The notes beneath the pieces are model-generated. The model ran no database searches. It saw only the letters and a list, made by a program, of their open reading frames with translations, and had not been told where the DNA came from. The position numbers and the translations under genes are program-made. DNA of 64,000 bases, from NCBI GenBank assembly GCA_945903605.1, contig CAMDOH010000003.1, positions 5,654-69,653 of the forward strand. The letters are read 5' to 3'. Positions 29,687-39,617 of this stretch are shown here, piece by piece (the stretch's first letter is position 1; every line of letters starts with the position of its first letter). This DNA is from Akkermansia muciniphila. Lineage in GTDB: Bacteria; Verrucomicrobiota; Verrucomicrobiia; Limisphaerales; UBA1100.

Positions 29687-30642
29687 AGGTAACGGCGTGG
29701 AAGTTCGGCTCCAGCCACGTAACTCAGCTTGGCCATGTCGCACATCTGATAAACATTCACGCGCAAATCGGGACATGCGGTCATCAGGCAATAAGCATCG
29801 GTTGGTGAATAGCCATGTTCTGTGATAAGCCAATCCATGAGATTGGCGATGGCGGTTTTCACGGCGACTTCCAACGGCTTTGCGCAATGCAGGGCAATGA
29901 TGGCGTCCGGCTTTTCGATTCGCATGAAAGGAATTGTTTTCTTCGGAAGCGATTCGAAGTGGAGTCGGACTGTTGACATCGTTTCTGCCGCTGTACCTGT
30001 GAATTCGGTGTCGCCCTGACTGGCGTGAACATCACCCAAATAAAAGAGCGCGCCATCGTGAGCCACTGGTAGCAGGACGCGATTGCCAATGGCGACATCG
30101 CGCGAATCCAGATTGCCGCCCCACGGTCCTTGGCCGTCAAGGCTGGTGGCCACTTCACGGTCGGGAGCCACGCCAATCGTTCCAACAAAAGGTGTGATGG
30201 GCCACTGGATCCGATCGCTGAATCGTAATGTGCCATCCCGCATCGTGCCACTCGGGCCAGGAAAATGTTTGAAGATCTTGGTGGTGTGTTCCAAAGAAAG
30301 TTCCGGCCAACGTGATGATTCACCAAAGGGGCCGCGCTTGGGGCCGACCGCAGTCCAGGACTGATTTCCAACCAGGATGTCTTCGATGACAATCACCAGA
30401 ACGTCGCCGCGATTCACGGTCTCGACAAAAACTGGTCCGCCGATTGGATTTGCCATGGGCGGGTAACGATCGAATCCGGGACGATTCGCTGGGATGGCTT
30501 TATCGGCCTCAGTTTTGAAATAACCTGTGCCGGCATCATAGGTCTCAATCTCGAAACTCTCGCCGAGTTTGACTCGCAATAGCGGTTCATCGCGCCAATC
30601 AAAGGCGTATTTGCGGGCGTGGTCGCGGATGATGCGTTGCAT
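29680..30642 (-). CDS. Acetamidase/formamidase family protein
   Basis: The blocks NPIGGPVFVETVNRGDVLVIVIEDI and WGGNLDSRDV are typical of FmdA/AmdA. Its start abuts the stop codon of the upstream amidohydrolase gene (1-nt coordinate overlap at 30642). Confidence 0.7.
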   Translation of the reverse strand: MQRIIRDHARKYAFDWRDEPLLRVKLGESFEIETYDAGTGYFKTEADKAIPANRPGFDRYPPMANPIGGPVFVETVNRGDVLVIVIEDILVGNQSWTAVGPKRGPFGESSRWPELSLEHTTKIFKHFPGPSGTMRDGTLRFSDRIQWPITPFVGTIGVAPDREVATSLDGQGPWGGNLDSRDVAIGNRVLLPVAHDGALFYLGDVHASQGDTEFTGTAAETMSTVRLHFESLPKKTIPFMRIEKPDAIIALHCAKPLEVAVKTAIANLMDWLITEHGYSPTDAYCLMTACPDLRVNVYQMCDMAKLSYVAGAELPRRYLK

Positions 30643-31916
30643 TAGGGTTTTTTGATAGGACGGTTTTTGTAGCGATCGTATAGCCGCGTGTGCCGACTCT
30701 CGAGCGAAGTCTCATTTCCAGCGATCCACATTCGTTTCACATTCGTGCGAATGTCGAGCAGGTCTCCATCGACGGCGATGAACGTGGCCTCCTTGCCGAT
30801 TTCAATCGAACCTAGTCGGTCATCCACACCCATCAGTTTCGCGGGATTGAGAGTGATGCTGCGCAAGGATTCATTTTGTGGCAGGCCGTGTGCGGTTGCT
30901 TGTGCAGCGAGGTGGGGCAGGTTGCGTAAATTGGCTGCAGACCAAGAGCCGATTGGAAAACTCAATGTGAGGGGTACATTGGCGCGATGAAGGGTCGCGG
31001 GTGCTTTGAACTGCGCGTCATAAGAATCGTTTTCAAGTGAAGGTAGCAAGTAGGTCCCATCGTAAATGACCGGAATCTTTTCTTTGGCGAGCAGGTCTGC
31101 GACGCGCCAAGCGTCTTTTGCTCCTGCGATGATGATGGAATAGTTGCGCCTCTTGGCCCACGCGACAGCCGCTTTGATTTGTCTCAAGTCATCTGCCTGA
31201 ACGACGATTGTTTGCTTGCGAGTGATGACAGGAAGCATCGAGTCCCAAACCGGATGCTTGGAAAGAGAAGTTGCACCGGAGTTGATTGCCTTTGCATAAG
31301 CATCGGCTTCATTGAAAAACTCGTCGAGTTCACGCAGCTTCTTCTCTCGATCCTTTACTTGCTCTTCAGGCGATTTGGTTTTGGCACCCAATTGGAGTCC
31401 CATTTCTGGCCAGTTGATGTGAAGTGCGACGCCTTTGCGAACGATCATATCTTCGATGCTCCAACCTGTGAGAGCGATGACACCCGATTGGCCGGAAATG
31501 GTGCCGCCTTGTGGAGTGACCTGCACATGCGTGATGCCGCCAGCTCTGGCAACGGGTATCAATTCAGAATCCGGGTTCACCGCAATCCACGAATGCACAT
31601 CGGGAGAAAAGTTGCCGACCTCTGTTGTATCTTGAGTGGCGCGAACTCCGCTAATCTCTGTCAATCCAAGCGAGGTGTTCGCCGCAATTAATCCGGGATA
31701 AAGCTGCAGACTTTTCAAATCGATCAACAGCGCGGAGTCAGCCGTGGTGATGGCTTGACCCACTGCGACGATTCGACCGTTGGAAATCAGAACTTCACCT
31801 GGAGTGAATGAAGTGCCGGACACGGTGTGGATGGTGGCCGCACGAATCAGGAAGCGATCGGCAGATTCGGCGCTTGAACAAAGAATCGCCGTGAAGCAGA
31901 AAATGAGAGTTCTCAT
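30642..31916 (-). CDS. Amidohydrolase family protein, secreted
   Basis: The signal peptide is MRTLIFCFTAILCSSAESA. The C-terminal block GSIEIGKEATFIAVDGDLLD is typical of the metallo-dependent amidohydrolase fold. Its start overlaps the upstream gene by 4 nt. Confidence 0.7.
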   Translation of the reverse strand: MRTLIFCFTAILCSSAESADRFLIRAATIHTVSGTSFTPGEVLISNGRIVAVGQAITTADSALLIDLKSLQLYPGLIAANTSLGLTEISGVRATQDTTEVGNFSPDVHSWIAVNPDSELIPVARAGGITHVQVTPQGGTISGQSGVIALTGWSIEDMIVRKGVALHINWPEMGLQLGAKTKSPEEQVKDREKKLRELDEFFNEADAYAKAINSGATSLSKHPVWDSMLPVITRKQTIVVQADDLRQIKAAVAWAKRRNYSIIIAGAKDAWRVADLLAKEKIPVIYDGTYLLPSLENDSYDAQFKAPATLHRANVPLTLSFPIGSWSAANLRNLPHLAAQATAHGLPQNESLRSITLNPAKLMGVDDRLGSIEIGKEATFIAVDGDLLDIRTNVKRMWIAGNETSLESRHTRLYDRYKNRPIKKP

Positions 31917-34765
31917 CGTTTGTGTCGTTCATCGCCGCACTCAAAGCAGCCGTGTTGATCCTGCTCATGTTCGATCGCATGACGGAAGAATGCGACTACT
32001 GCAGCATTGAAATCGCCGTTGCCCGCATCGGCAGTCATCTTGGCGCTGGCGAGTAATGCGTCGCGTTCGGACTGAAGGTCGGTTGACCGTTTCTTTGAAT
32101 GATCGCGGTCGAAGAATTTCTTGCCGTCAATCCAAGTTTCAAGACAGAGCGTCCCGCTATCCAAAGGAGACTTTGACCAAATGACAAAGTCGGCATCTTT
32201 GCCTGGCTCAATGGAGCCGACAGATTGGTCGATTCGTAATTGCCGCGCCGGGTTGATGGTGACAAAGGCGAGCGCATCCTGCTCGGAAAGGCCGCCATAC
32301 TTCACTGCCTTCGCTGCTTCGAGATTCAGTCGTCGAGCAAGGTCCGATGAATCTGAGTTGAAGGAGACCGTGGCACCGCGATTGTGCATCAACGCGCCTG
32401 CGTAGGGAATGGCGTCGATCACCTCATACTTGTACGCCCACCAATCCGAGAAGCAGGAAGCCCCAGCGCCGTGCCGAGCAATTTCATCGGCGATTTTGTA
32501 ACCTTCGAGGACATGCTGAAGCGTTCCCACCTGCACCTTGAAATCTTCCATCAATCGCAGGAAGACGAGGATTTCGTCCTGCCGATAACTGTGACAGTGG
32601 ATTTTGCGATGGCCCTCAAGAATCTCCACGATCGCTTCAAGTTCAAGATCGCGTCTTGGCGGTGTGCCTTTTCCATTTTTGAAATCAAGCCAGCGCCGTT
32701 GATAATCCTGTGCCGCGAGAAAACGATTATTGATGAAGGTGCGAACTCCCATTCGCGACTGCGGAAATCGCGTGGTCTTCTTGTCGCCCCAGTTGGATTG
32801 TTTCACATTTTCGCCCAGCGCAAATTTGATTCCGAGCGGAGCCGATTTGAAAATGAGATCTTGTGGTGCATCTCCATGTCGAAGTTTGATGACTGCGTTT
32901 TGCCCGCCGATCGGATTGGCCGAACCATGCAGCAAGTTGGCCGTGGTCAATCCGCCTGCGAGTTGAAGATAAATGTTCTCAGACTCGGAATTGACGACAT
33001 CGCTGATGCGGACCATCGCGGTGGAAGGGAGTGTGCTTTCATTCACACCGCCAAGAATCATACTGTGATTATGGGCGTCGATGAGGCCCGGAGTGATGTG
33101 TCGGCCGGTGCCGTTAATGATGATCGTGTCTTTTGTGTAATTGATGGCCGCTGCAAGTTTTTTGCCGATCGCTTTGAACTTCCCTCCTTCGATAAGGATG
33201 TCGGTGTTCTCTAAAAAGCCTTTCGGACCAGATGTCCAAACGAAAGCATTCGAAATGACAATGGATTTGGAAGCGGCAATCGGGCCGCGAAAATCAGCAG
33301 GGGATTTGGCAGCTCTGACTTTCGTTGCTTTGGGAGGGTCGATTGGTTTTTTCGCAGCAGGTTTCTGCGGAGGGTTGGCAAAGGATTGGCCGTTGATCCA
33401 AACACTGTGAATCTTGGCGTCGGGGATGAAATAATTTGTTCCAGTGACTACAGTGAAATTCGCAATCTTATCTTTCTCAATTGTGCCTAACATTTGACCA
33501 AGGCCGCACAGCTCAGCGGGAGTGGTTGTCAATGCGGCTAAAGCATCTTTCTCGTTGAGGTCGCGTCCGATGGCAGCCAGGAGTTTATTGTGAAACTGTT
33601 TCCGGTCGGCCAATCCGTGCATTGTGAGAGCGATTTGGAGGCCTTGCCGACGGAGCAAGGCGGGGTTTTCCGGTGCCCAGTCCCAAGCGCGTAACTGATC
33701 AAGTGTGACTTGATTCCAATCGTCAGCGTCAGGCAATTTGGGCGGTTCAGAAAAATTCAATGGGACGATGAAGGGAGATTTTGTCGCGGCAGCAAGTTCG
33801 GGACGGCGCCATTCTTGACCGGAAGAGACGATAATCGATTTCAGATTGAACTCGTTGGCCAGTCTCCATGCGCGATCAACCATCAATGCGGACCCCGGCT
33901 CTATGACAGCTGTCATGTTCCCGGCAAGGAGTGGTTGGAGCGAATCGAGTGCTGGATTTGTGGGTGCCCGAATTCCGGCTTGTGGCTTGGTCTTTAAGTG
34001 CGCGGCAATGTCCCGGTGATGCTGGGCATCGAGAAGTGCCTGTCTCGTGGCCGCAATGACTCCCATGAGTGATCCTGGATAGGAGTCGTCGCCGCCGCGT
34101 TCGGGTTCAAATGCGAAATGTTGAAACACATCTGCTCGAAGGATGGAATCATTTGGGTTGGATTCATTGAGCAGAATGAACGCGCTACTGCCACGAAGGA
34201 TTCCTTTCGTTGGAATAATGTTCGCGGCTGTGAATCCAAGTTCGCGTAATGATTCCAGACTTTTGGGGTCAGGAGCGAATCCATCGCTTGCGCGCTTCTC
34301 GGGAGTGATTCGATCATTCTCGTAACTGGGGCCGGCTATTCCGGAATCGGTTTCTTGGCCGGGCACGCCAAAAAACCTGACGCCTCGCTCAACTCTGGAT
34401 GTGGCTTGTATCGGTATTGTCATGGTCGTGACAACGGGTGAAGCCGATTGGGAGAGCGTGAGGTAGATGTCGATGAATCCGGGATAGAGGGTCGTTCCGG
34501 TCATATCCCAAATGCGGGCGTCGGCTGGAGGCTTGATGTTGGGGCCGATCGATTCGATGACACCGTTGTTGACGATGATGACGAAGTTCAGATTTGTAAC
34601 GCCGGGTTTTGGAATGATTGTCGCGCCGGTGAGATAGTGTTTTCCGTGAGGGACAGGTTTGTGTCCAGGTGGAAGAAATGGCACCGCGAGAAGGGGGCTT
34701 GAGATGGCGATGACACAGATGGCCACGAGTCCAAACATCCGGAAATCAAATCTGTGGGAGAACAT
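31913..34765 (-). CDS. Large amidohydrolase family protein (~950 aa), secreted
   Basis: The metal-binding HxH motif is GLIDAHNH. The C-terminal block is GSIEPGKDADFVIWSKSPLD. The signal/TM segment MFGLVAICVIAISSPLLA is present. I chose the start at 34765 (or 34738) rather than the ORF maximum of 34966, which would overlap purN. Confidence 0.7.
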   Translation of the reverse strand: MFSHRFDFRMFGLVAICVIAISSPLLAVPFLPPGHKPVPHGKHYLTGATIIPKPGVTNLNFVIIVNNGVIESIGPNIKPPADARIWDMTGTTLYPGFIDIYLTLSQSASPVVTTMTIPIQATSRVERGVRFFGVPGQETDSGIAGPSYENDRITPEKRASDGFAPDPKSLESLRELGFTAANIIPTKGILRGSSAFILLNESNPNDSILRADVFQHFAFEPERGGDDSYPGSLMGVIAATRQALLDAQHHRDIAAHLKTKPQAGIRAPTNPALDSLQPLLAGNMTAVIEPGSALMVDRAWRLANEFNLKSIIVSSGQEWRRPELAAATKSPFIVPLNFSEPPKLPDADDWNQVTLDQLRAWDWAPENPALLRRQGLQIALTMHGLADRKQFHNKLLAAIGRDLNEKDALAALTTTPAELCGLGQMLGTIEKDKIANFTVVTGTNYFIPDAKIHSVWINGQSFANPPQKPAAKKPIDPPKATKVRAAKSPADFRGPIAASKSIVISNAFVWTSGPKGFLENTDILIEGGKFKAIGKKLAAAINYTKDTIIINGTGRHITPGLIDAHNHSMILGGVNESTLPSTAMVRISDVVNSESENIYLQLAGGLTTANLLHGSANPIGGQNAVIKLRHGDAPQDLIFKSAPLGIKFALGENVKQSNWGDKKTTRFPQSRMGVRTFINNRFLAAQDYQRRWLDFKNGKGTPPRRDLELEAIVEILEGHRKIHCHSYRQDEILVFLRLMEDFKVQVGTLQHVLEGYKIADEIARHGAGASCFSDWWAYKYEVIDAIPYAGALMHNRGATVSFNSDSSDLARRLNLEAAKAVKYGGLSEQDALAFVTINPARQLRIDQSVGSIEPGKDADFVIWSKSPLDSGTLCLETWIDGKKFFDRDHSKKRSTDLQSERDALLASAKMTADAGNGDFNAAVVAFFRHAIEHEQDQHGCFECGDERHKR

Positions 34766-34874
34766 GAAAATGTCCGGTGAAACTAGGACTACAGGAAAAT
34801 GGAGGCAACAGTTTTCTCTGTCTTGCAAACGAACACTTCTAAGAATATCAATCTGAACTTCTGCAACACGATTG

Positions 34875-35480
34875 ATGAGCGCGAAGAAAATCAGACTGGG
34901 TGTTTTGGGATCCGGAAAGGGATCCAACTTCATGGCAATCGCGCAATCGTGCCAAGTTGGAGTCATGTCGGCCGAGATTGCCGTGACACTGACCGATGTG
35001 CCCGATGCAGGAATCTTGAAACACGCTGCGAGCTTGGGAGTTTCGGGTCGTTATATTGATCCTGGAAAATTTCGCACGAAATTGGACGACACAGCCGAGG
35101 CTGCCTACATCGCCGCATTGCGCGATGCGCGAGTGGATCTCGTGGTGCTGGCTGGCTTCATGCGGATTTTGAAAGGCCCGTTCTTGGCGTCGTTTCCAGG
35201 TCGTGTCATCAACATTCATCCTTCATTGTTGCCGTCATTTCCCGGTATTGCTTCATGGAAACAGGCGTTTGAGCACGGAGTGAAAGTTACTGGGTGCACC
35301 GTGCATTGGGTGGATCAAGGCATCGATACCGGGCGCATCGTTGCCCAGCAATCTGTGCCCGTCATTGATGGAGACACAGTAGAGACATTGCATGAGCGCA
35401 TTCAGGAGGCCGAGCGCGTGTTGTATCCACAGACAATCGCCGAATTGATTCGCAAGGGCATCATCAAATCGGCGGTTTAG
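34875..35480 (+). CDS. purN: Phosphoribosylglycinamide formyltransferase
   Basis: The translation has IRLGVLGSGKGSNF, LAGFMRIL, the catalytic block INIHPSLLPSFPG and HWVDQGIDTG. Confidence 0.9.
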   Translation: MSAKKIRLGVLGSGKGSNFMAIAQSCQVGVMSAEIAVTLTDVPDAGILKHAASLGVSGRYIDPGKFRTKLDDTAEAAYIAALRDARVDLVVLAGFMRILKGPFLASFPGRVINIHPSLLPSFPGIASWKQAFEHGVKVTGCTVHWVDQGIDTGRIVAQQSVPVIDGDTVETLHERIQEAERVLYPQTIAELIRKGIIKSAV

Positions 35481-35638
35481 TTTGGGTTGATAAAATTGTC
35501 GAAGCTCAAACTGGGAAAGAAAAAGTTGGCTTTTCCTCGCCGACGCTGGCAAATGAACCTCTCTACGCGGATGAAAGCGTCTGCAAAAGTGTATTCCCGT
35601 GCGAAGAATTAATACGCTGCGCGCGATAACAACGATTG

Positions 35639-36517
35639 ATGAGCAAACAGATTTTACGGTTCGGCTTGCCGAAAGGCAGCCTGCAGGAGGCCACGCTATC
35701 CAAGATGGCGAAGGCCGGCTTCAACATTCAGGTTAGCAGCCGTTCCTACATTCCATATGCCGATGATTCGGAGTTGGAGATCCGCATGTTTCGCGCTCAG
35801 GAAATGAGCCGGTACGTGGAGCACGGCTATCTTGATTGCGGAATCACAGGTTCGGATTGGATTGTGGAGAATGGATCGAAGGTTTACGAGGTAGGCGAAT
35901 TTCTATTCAGCAAGTCCACACGGCAGGCAGCGCGTTGGGTTTTGGCTGTACCGGAGAATTCACGCATCAAGTCCGTGAAAGATTTGCAAGGAAAGCGCAT
36001 CGCCACTGAAGTGGTTGGCATCACGCGGCAGTATCTCCGCAAGCACAAGGTCAAGGCAGAGGTGGAATTTTCTTGGGGTGCCACTGAAGTGAAGGCGCAT
36101 GAATTGGTGGACGCCATCGTGGATGTGACTGAGACGGGCGCTTCACTGCGCGCAAATAAACTTCGCATCGTGGACACGTTGCTGACTTCAACTCCGCGCC
36201 TCATCGCCAACCATTCCGCATGGAAAGACAAATGGAAGAGACGGAAGATCGAGACGATCGCGATGCTTTTGAAGGGCGCACTTGATGCCGAGACAAAAGT
36301 GGGGTTGAAACTCAACATCGCTGAAAAGAATCTAACGTCGCTGCTGGCGAAGTTGCCTGCGCTGCGCAATCCGACCATTTCAAATCTGAGTCAGACAGGG
36401 TGGGTGGCCGTCGAAACCATTATCGACGAGCACATCGTTCGCGAGATCATTCCGCAATTAAAAGCCGCTGGCGCGGAAGGAATCATTGAGTACCCGTTAA
36501 ACAAAGTGGTATACTAA
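35639..36517 (+). CDS. hisG: ATP phosphoribosyltransferase (long form)
   Basis: The translation has LRFGLPKGSL, DCGITGSDW and VDVTETGASLRAN, plus a C-terminal regulatory domain. The 292-aa length fits the long form. Confidence 0.9.
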   Translation: MSKQILRFGLPKGSLQEATLSKMAKAGFNIQVSSRSYIPYADDSELEIRMFRAQEMSRYVEHGYLDCGITGSDWIVENGSKVYEVGEFLFSKSTRQAARWVLAVPENSRIKSVKDLQGKRIATEVVGITRQYLRKHKVKAEVEFSWGATEVKAHELVDAIVDVTETGASLRANKLRIVDTLLTSTPRLIANHSAWKDKWKRRKIETIAMLLKGALDAETKVGLKLNIAEKNLTSLLAKLPALRNPTISNLSQTGWVAVETIIDEHIVREIIPQLKAAGAEGIIEYPLNKVVY

Positions 36518-36539
36518 AAATCAGTCGTACAAAACAGCT

Positions 36540-36641
36540 ATGGGATCGATAAAGAAACGTCGTAAATCAAAAATCAACCGGCACAAACGGCGCAAGAAGA
36601 ACCGCGCTAATCGCCACAAAAAACGTACGTGGCAGCAGTAG
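36540..36641 (+). CDS. 33-aa basic protein resembling ribosomal protein bS22 (AURKAIP1/COX24-like)
   Basis: I translated it by hand as MGSIKKRRKSKINRHKRRKKNRANRHKKRTWQQ, from ATG 36540 to TAG 36639-36641. The MGS-IKKRRK start and overall K/R richness match my recollection of mycobacterial bS22 ([33 protein letters not shown]). It is below the ORF-track cutoff. Confidence 0.5.
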   Translation: MGSIKKRRKSKINRHKRRKKNRANRHKKRTWQQ

Positions 36642-36706
36642 TCGCGGCTGATTACAAGTCACCAATCAATTCCCCGGCAAGGCGGAAATCTTGCCGGGGC
36701 AATGTC

Positions 36707-38410
36707 ATGTTCTTCAAGCACCACGTTGCTCAAGTTGCAATCCTCGTGTGCGTGTCGGTAGTGACAGGCTGCATCACCGGCGAGTCGCAACTTCGTGCGC
36801 TTGCCTCGAAGCAGTCGCCGCCGCCAACAGTGCAAAAGGCTTTTGAGCCGCCGGTATTAACACCGACGGAACAAGAGCGCCGCATCATGGCGATGACTCA
36901 TTATGCGATGGGTTTGAGCCTCGAAATGCGAGAGGAACCACGCAAGGCAGTCGATGAGTTTTTCAAGGCTGCGATGCTCGATAGTACCCATGAGCTATTG
37001 GTGACGGAGGCGTCGCGCAGACTTGTGCTTGCGAAGGATCCGGACAGACTCGTTCAGCTTTTGTTGCGCGCAACGGATCCGACCAATGCCCCAACATCAT
37101 TTTTTGCGACGCTCGGGCTTGCATATCATTTCGCCGGCAAAACGGATCTGGGCCTGCTTTCCTGCGAGCACGCGCTGAAGCGCAACCCATTTGAGATGGC
37201 GGCATATCAAGCGCTCTACCGCATTCATGTGGATCGCAACCAGCACGCTCAGGCGTATCAGATTTTGAAGCACGCTTCAGAAATTCAGAATGCGCCGCCC
37301 GCTTTTTTCATTGATCTGGCACAATTATTCTTTGAATTCACTCGCCTGCAACCAAAGGAAATGGAGTCGGTGAAAGGGCAGGTGCGCGCACTTTTGAAAA
37401 AGATTCGTCCGGCAGACGTCACGGATAATACGAAGCTGCTGGCGTTGACCGAGCATCACCGGTTTCTCGGTGATATTTCCAAAGCGGCTGAAGTGTATGA
37501 ACTGTTGATTGTCAGGCTTCCGGATGAACTGGAATTGCGAGAGCTGGCCACGGAGCTTTACATTTTTTCGAATGACTTTGGCAAAGCCACATTGCACATA
37601 GACAATTTACTTCGTCAGGATCCAGCCAATCCACAGGCAAACCGGCTGATGGGGATGCTGGCGTCTGAGAAGAAGGATTTTGCCAAAGCTGAGGAATTTT
37701 ATTCGAAAGTTTTGCTGCTCAACCCCGCTTTTGAACCGGGTTATTTCGAATTGGTGGGCGCACAATTATCGCACAAGAATCCAAAGGGAGCGTGGGCGAC
37801 GATAGAAAAGGCGCAGGCACGATTTCCGGCAAGTTTTCGACAGGAGTATTTTGCGGCCATGGTTCAAAACCAACTCAAGAACCATACCAATGCGCTGAAA
37901 CATTTGCAGCGCGCGGAAACCATCGCCCGCAGAGGTGAGCCAGCGAATCTGACATTGCAATTCTTTTTCCAAATGGCTTCCACGTTGGAACGAGCGAAGC
38001 GATTGCCGGAGGCGGAAACGCTTTTCAAACGGTTGCTGAAGGAAAACCCCAATTACCACGAGGTGATGAATTATCTGGGTTACATGTGGGCGGAACGCGG
38101 GGAAAATCTGCCGGAGGCAAAGAAGTTGATTGAACAAGCGCTCAAAGTGGAGCCGGACAATTCGGCTTACCTCGACAGTATTGCGTGGGTGTATTTCAAA
38201 ATGGGCGACCCCAAGAAGGCGTTGGACTTTTTATTGCGGTCGATTAAGCGCCTCGAAGAACCCGATGCGGTCGTGCATGACCATCTTGGCGATGTTTATA
38301 TGGCGCTGAAATCTCTTTCGAAGGCGCGCGATGCTTACAAGAAATCGATTCAAATTGAGCCAAACGCCGACATCCAAAAGAAGCTGGATGCCTTGAGTGC
38401 GAGCCGCTGA
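36707..38410 (+). CDS. TPR-repeat lipoprotein
   Basis: An internal Met gives MFFKHHVAQVAILVCVSVVTGC, a lipobox. Multiple TPR-like repeats follow (for example YLGYMWAERGENLPEAKKLIEQALKVEPDNSAYLDSIAWVYFKMGD). Confidence 0.7.
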   Translation: MFFKHHVAQVAILVCVSVVTGCITGESQLRALASKQSPPPTVQKAFEPPVLTPTEQERRIMAMTHYAMGLSLEMREEPRKAVDEFFKAAMLDSTHELLVTEASRRLVLAKDPDRLVQLLLRATDPTNAPTSFFATLGLAYHFAGKTDLGLLSCEHALKRNPFEMAAYQALYRIHVDRNQHAQAYQILKHASEIQNAPPAFFIDLAQLFFEFTRLQPKEMESVKGQVRALLKKIRPADVTDNTKLLALTEHHRFLGDISKAAEVYELLIVRLPDELELRELATELYIFSNDFGKATLHIDNLLRQDPANPQANRLMGMLASEKKDFAKAEEFYSKVLLLNPAFEPGYFELVGAQLSHKNPKGAWATIEKAQARFPASFRQEYFAAMVQNQLKNHTNALKHLQRAETIARRGEPANLTLQFFFQMASTLERAKRLPEAETLFKRLLKENPNYHEVMNYLGYMWAERGENLPEAKKLIEQALKVEPDNSAYLDSIAWVYFKMGDPKKALDFLLRSIKRLEEPDAVVHDHLGDVYMALKSLSKARDAYKKSIQIEPNADIQKKLDALSASR

Positions 38411-38413
38411 GTG

Positions 38414-38821
38414 ATGAAATATCAGTTCAATCAACATTACACGGTAGCTGAGGCTCGGGCATTGTTGCCGGACATCCGTACTTGGCTCAGCGATATTCGG
38501 AAATTTCAAAAGGCTATCCAACTTGGCGATGATCAATTCAAGAAGCGCATGTCTGGAGGCGATGATTTGGGCGGGCCAATCGTCGATGAACAGATGAAGC
38601 GTTATTTGGGTCTTGGACGCACTTTGCAGGCGTTTAAGGATCAGCAAATCCAAATCAAGGAAATCGGACGCGGCTTGGTGGATTTCCCAGCGATGCAGGA
38701 ATGTGGGGAGGCCTTTCTTTGTTGGGAAGAATCTGAGGATGACATTCTCTTCTGGCACAAACTGGAGGATGGATTTTCCGGGAGGCGGCCGATACTAAAT
38801 GCCAAACGACCTTCCATCTAG
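38414..38821 (+). CDS. DUF2203 domain-containing protein
   Basis: The N-terminus YTVAEARALLPDIRTWL and the ~135-aa size fit the DUF2203 family. This call is from memory of the family. Confidence 0.55.
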   Translation: MKYQFNQHYTVAEARALLPDIRTWLSDIRKFQKAIQLGDDQFKKRMSGGDDLGGPIVDEQMKRYLGLGRTLQAFKDQQIQIKEIGRGLVDFPAMQECGEAFLCWEESEDDILFWHKLEDGFSGRRPILNAKRPSI

Positions 38822-38882
38822 CATTGACACAACGAAGTTTTTTTAGGAAAAGCACGCGTCTTAATTCCGCTGAGATACGACA

Positions 38883-39617
38883 ATGATTGAGGTCAAAAAT
38901 TTGCGAAAGCAATTCGGGCCCAAGCTGGCTGTGGATGGCATCTCGTTCACTGTCGCTAAAGGAGAAGTGCTGGGTTTTCTCGGCCCCAACGGCGCCGGCA
39001 AGTCGACCACCATGCGGATGCTCACTGGATTTCTGACTCCCACAGACGGTTCTGTGAAGATTGGCACGCACGACATGGCACTCGCGCCCGTTGCCGCTAA
39101 AAGCTTGATTGGGTATCTGCCCGAAAACGCGCCATCCTATCCCGATATGACTGTCTCCGGTTTCCTCCGTTTTGCAGCCGAGATCCGCGGACTGTCCGGA
39201 TCTGAGCGTGACATCGCCGTGGATCGTTCGATGGATTATTGCTTTCTGAAACCGGTTCGACATCAAACCATCGACACACTTTCCAAGGGCTTTAGGCACC
39301 GCACTTGTTTTGCACAGGCGCTCTTACACGATCCTGAAGTGCTCGTGCTCGATGAACCGACGGACGGTTTGGATCCGAATCAGAAATATGAGGCGCGAAA
39401 TTTGATCAAGCGACTTGGTGAAACCAAGGCGGTCATTTTTTCCACACACATTCTTGAGGAAGTAGATGCCGCTTGCTCTCGAGTGATCATCATCGATCGC
39501 GGTCGCATCGTCGCCAATGACACTCCTGCGAATCTGAAAAAGAAAACTCCGAATGGGAAACTTGAAGATTTATTCCGCCAGATGACAGTTTCCGATACCG
39601 GCACCAAGCACTCATGA
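38883..39617 (+). CDS. ABC transporter ATP-binding protein (ABC-2/GldA-like)
   Basis: Walker A GPNGAGKST, the signature LSKGFRHR and Walker B VLVLDEPTDGLD are present. Confidence 0.9.
   Translation: MIEVKNLRKQFGPKLAVDGISFTVAKGEVLGFLGPNGAGKSTTMRMLTGFLTPTDGSVKIGTHDMALAPVAAKSLIGYLPENAPSYPDMTVSGFLRFAAEIRGLSGSERDIAVDRSMDYCFLKPVRHQTIDTLSKGFRHRTCFAQALLHDPEVLVLDEPTDGLDPNQKYEARNLIKRLGETKAVIFSTHILEEVDAACSRVIIIDRGRIVANDTPANLKKKTPNGKLEDLFRQMTVSDTGTKHS

Noticed and set aside
35481-35638. A histidine attenuator or leader peptide upstream of hisG, and a T-box upstream of aspS (48217-48327)
   Set aside because: There is no run of His codons or small leader ORF, no terminator/antiterminator pair, and no T-box specifier or conserved 14-mer.
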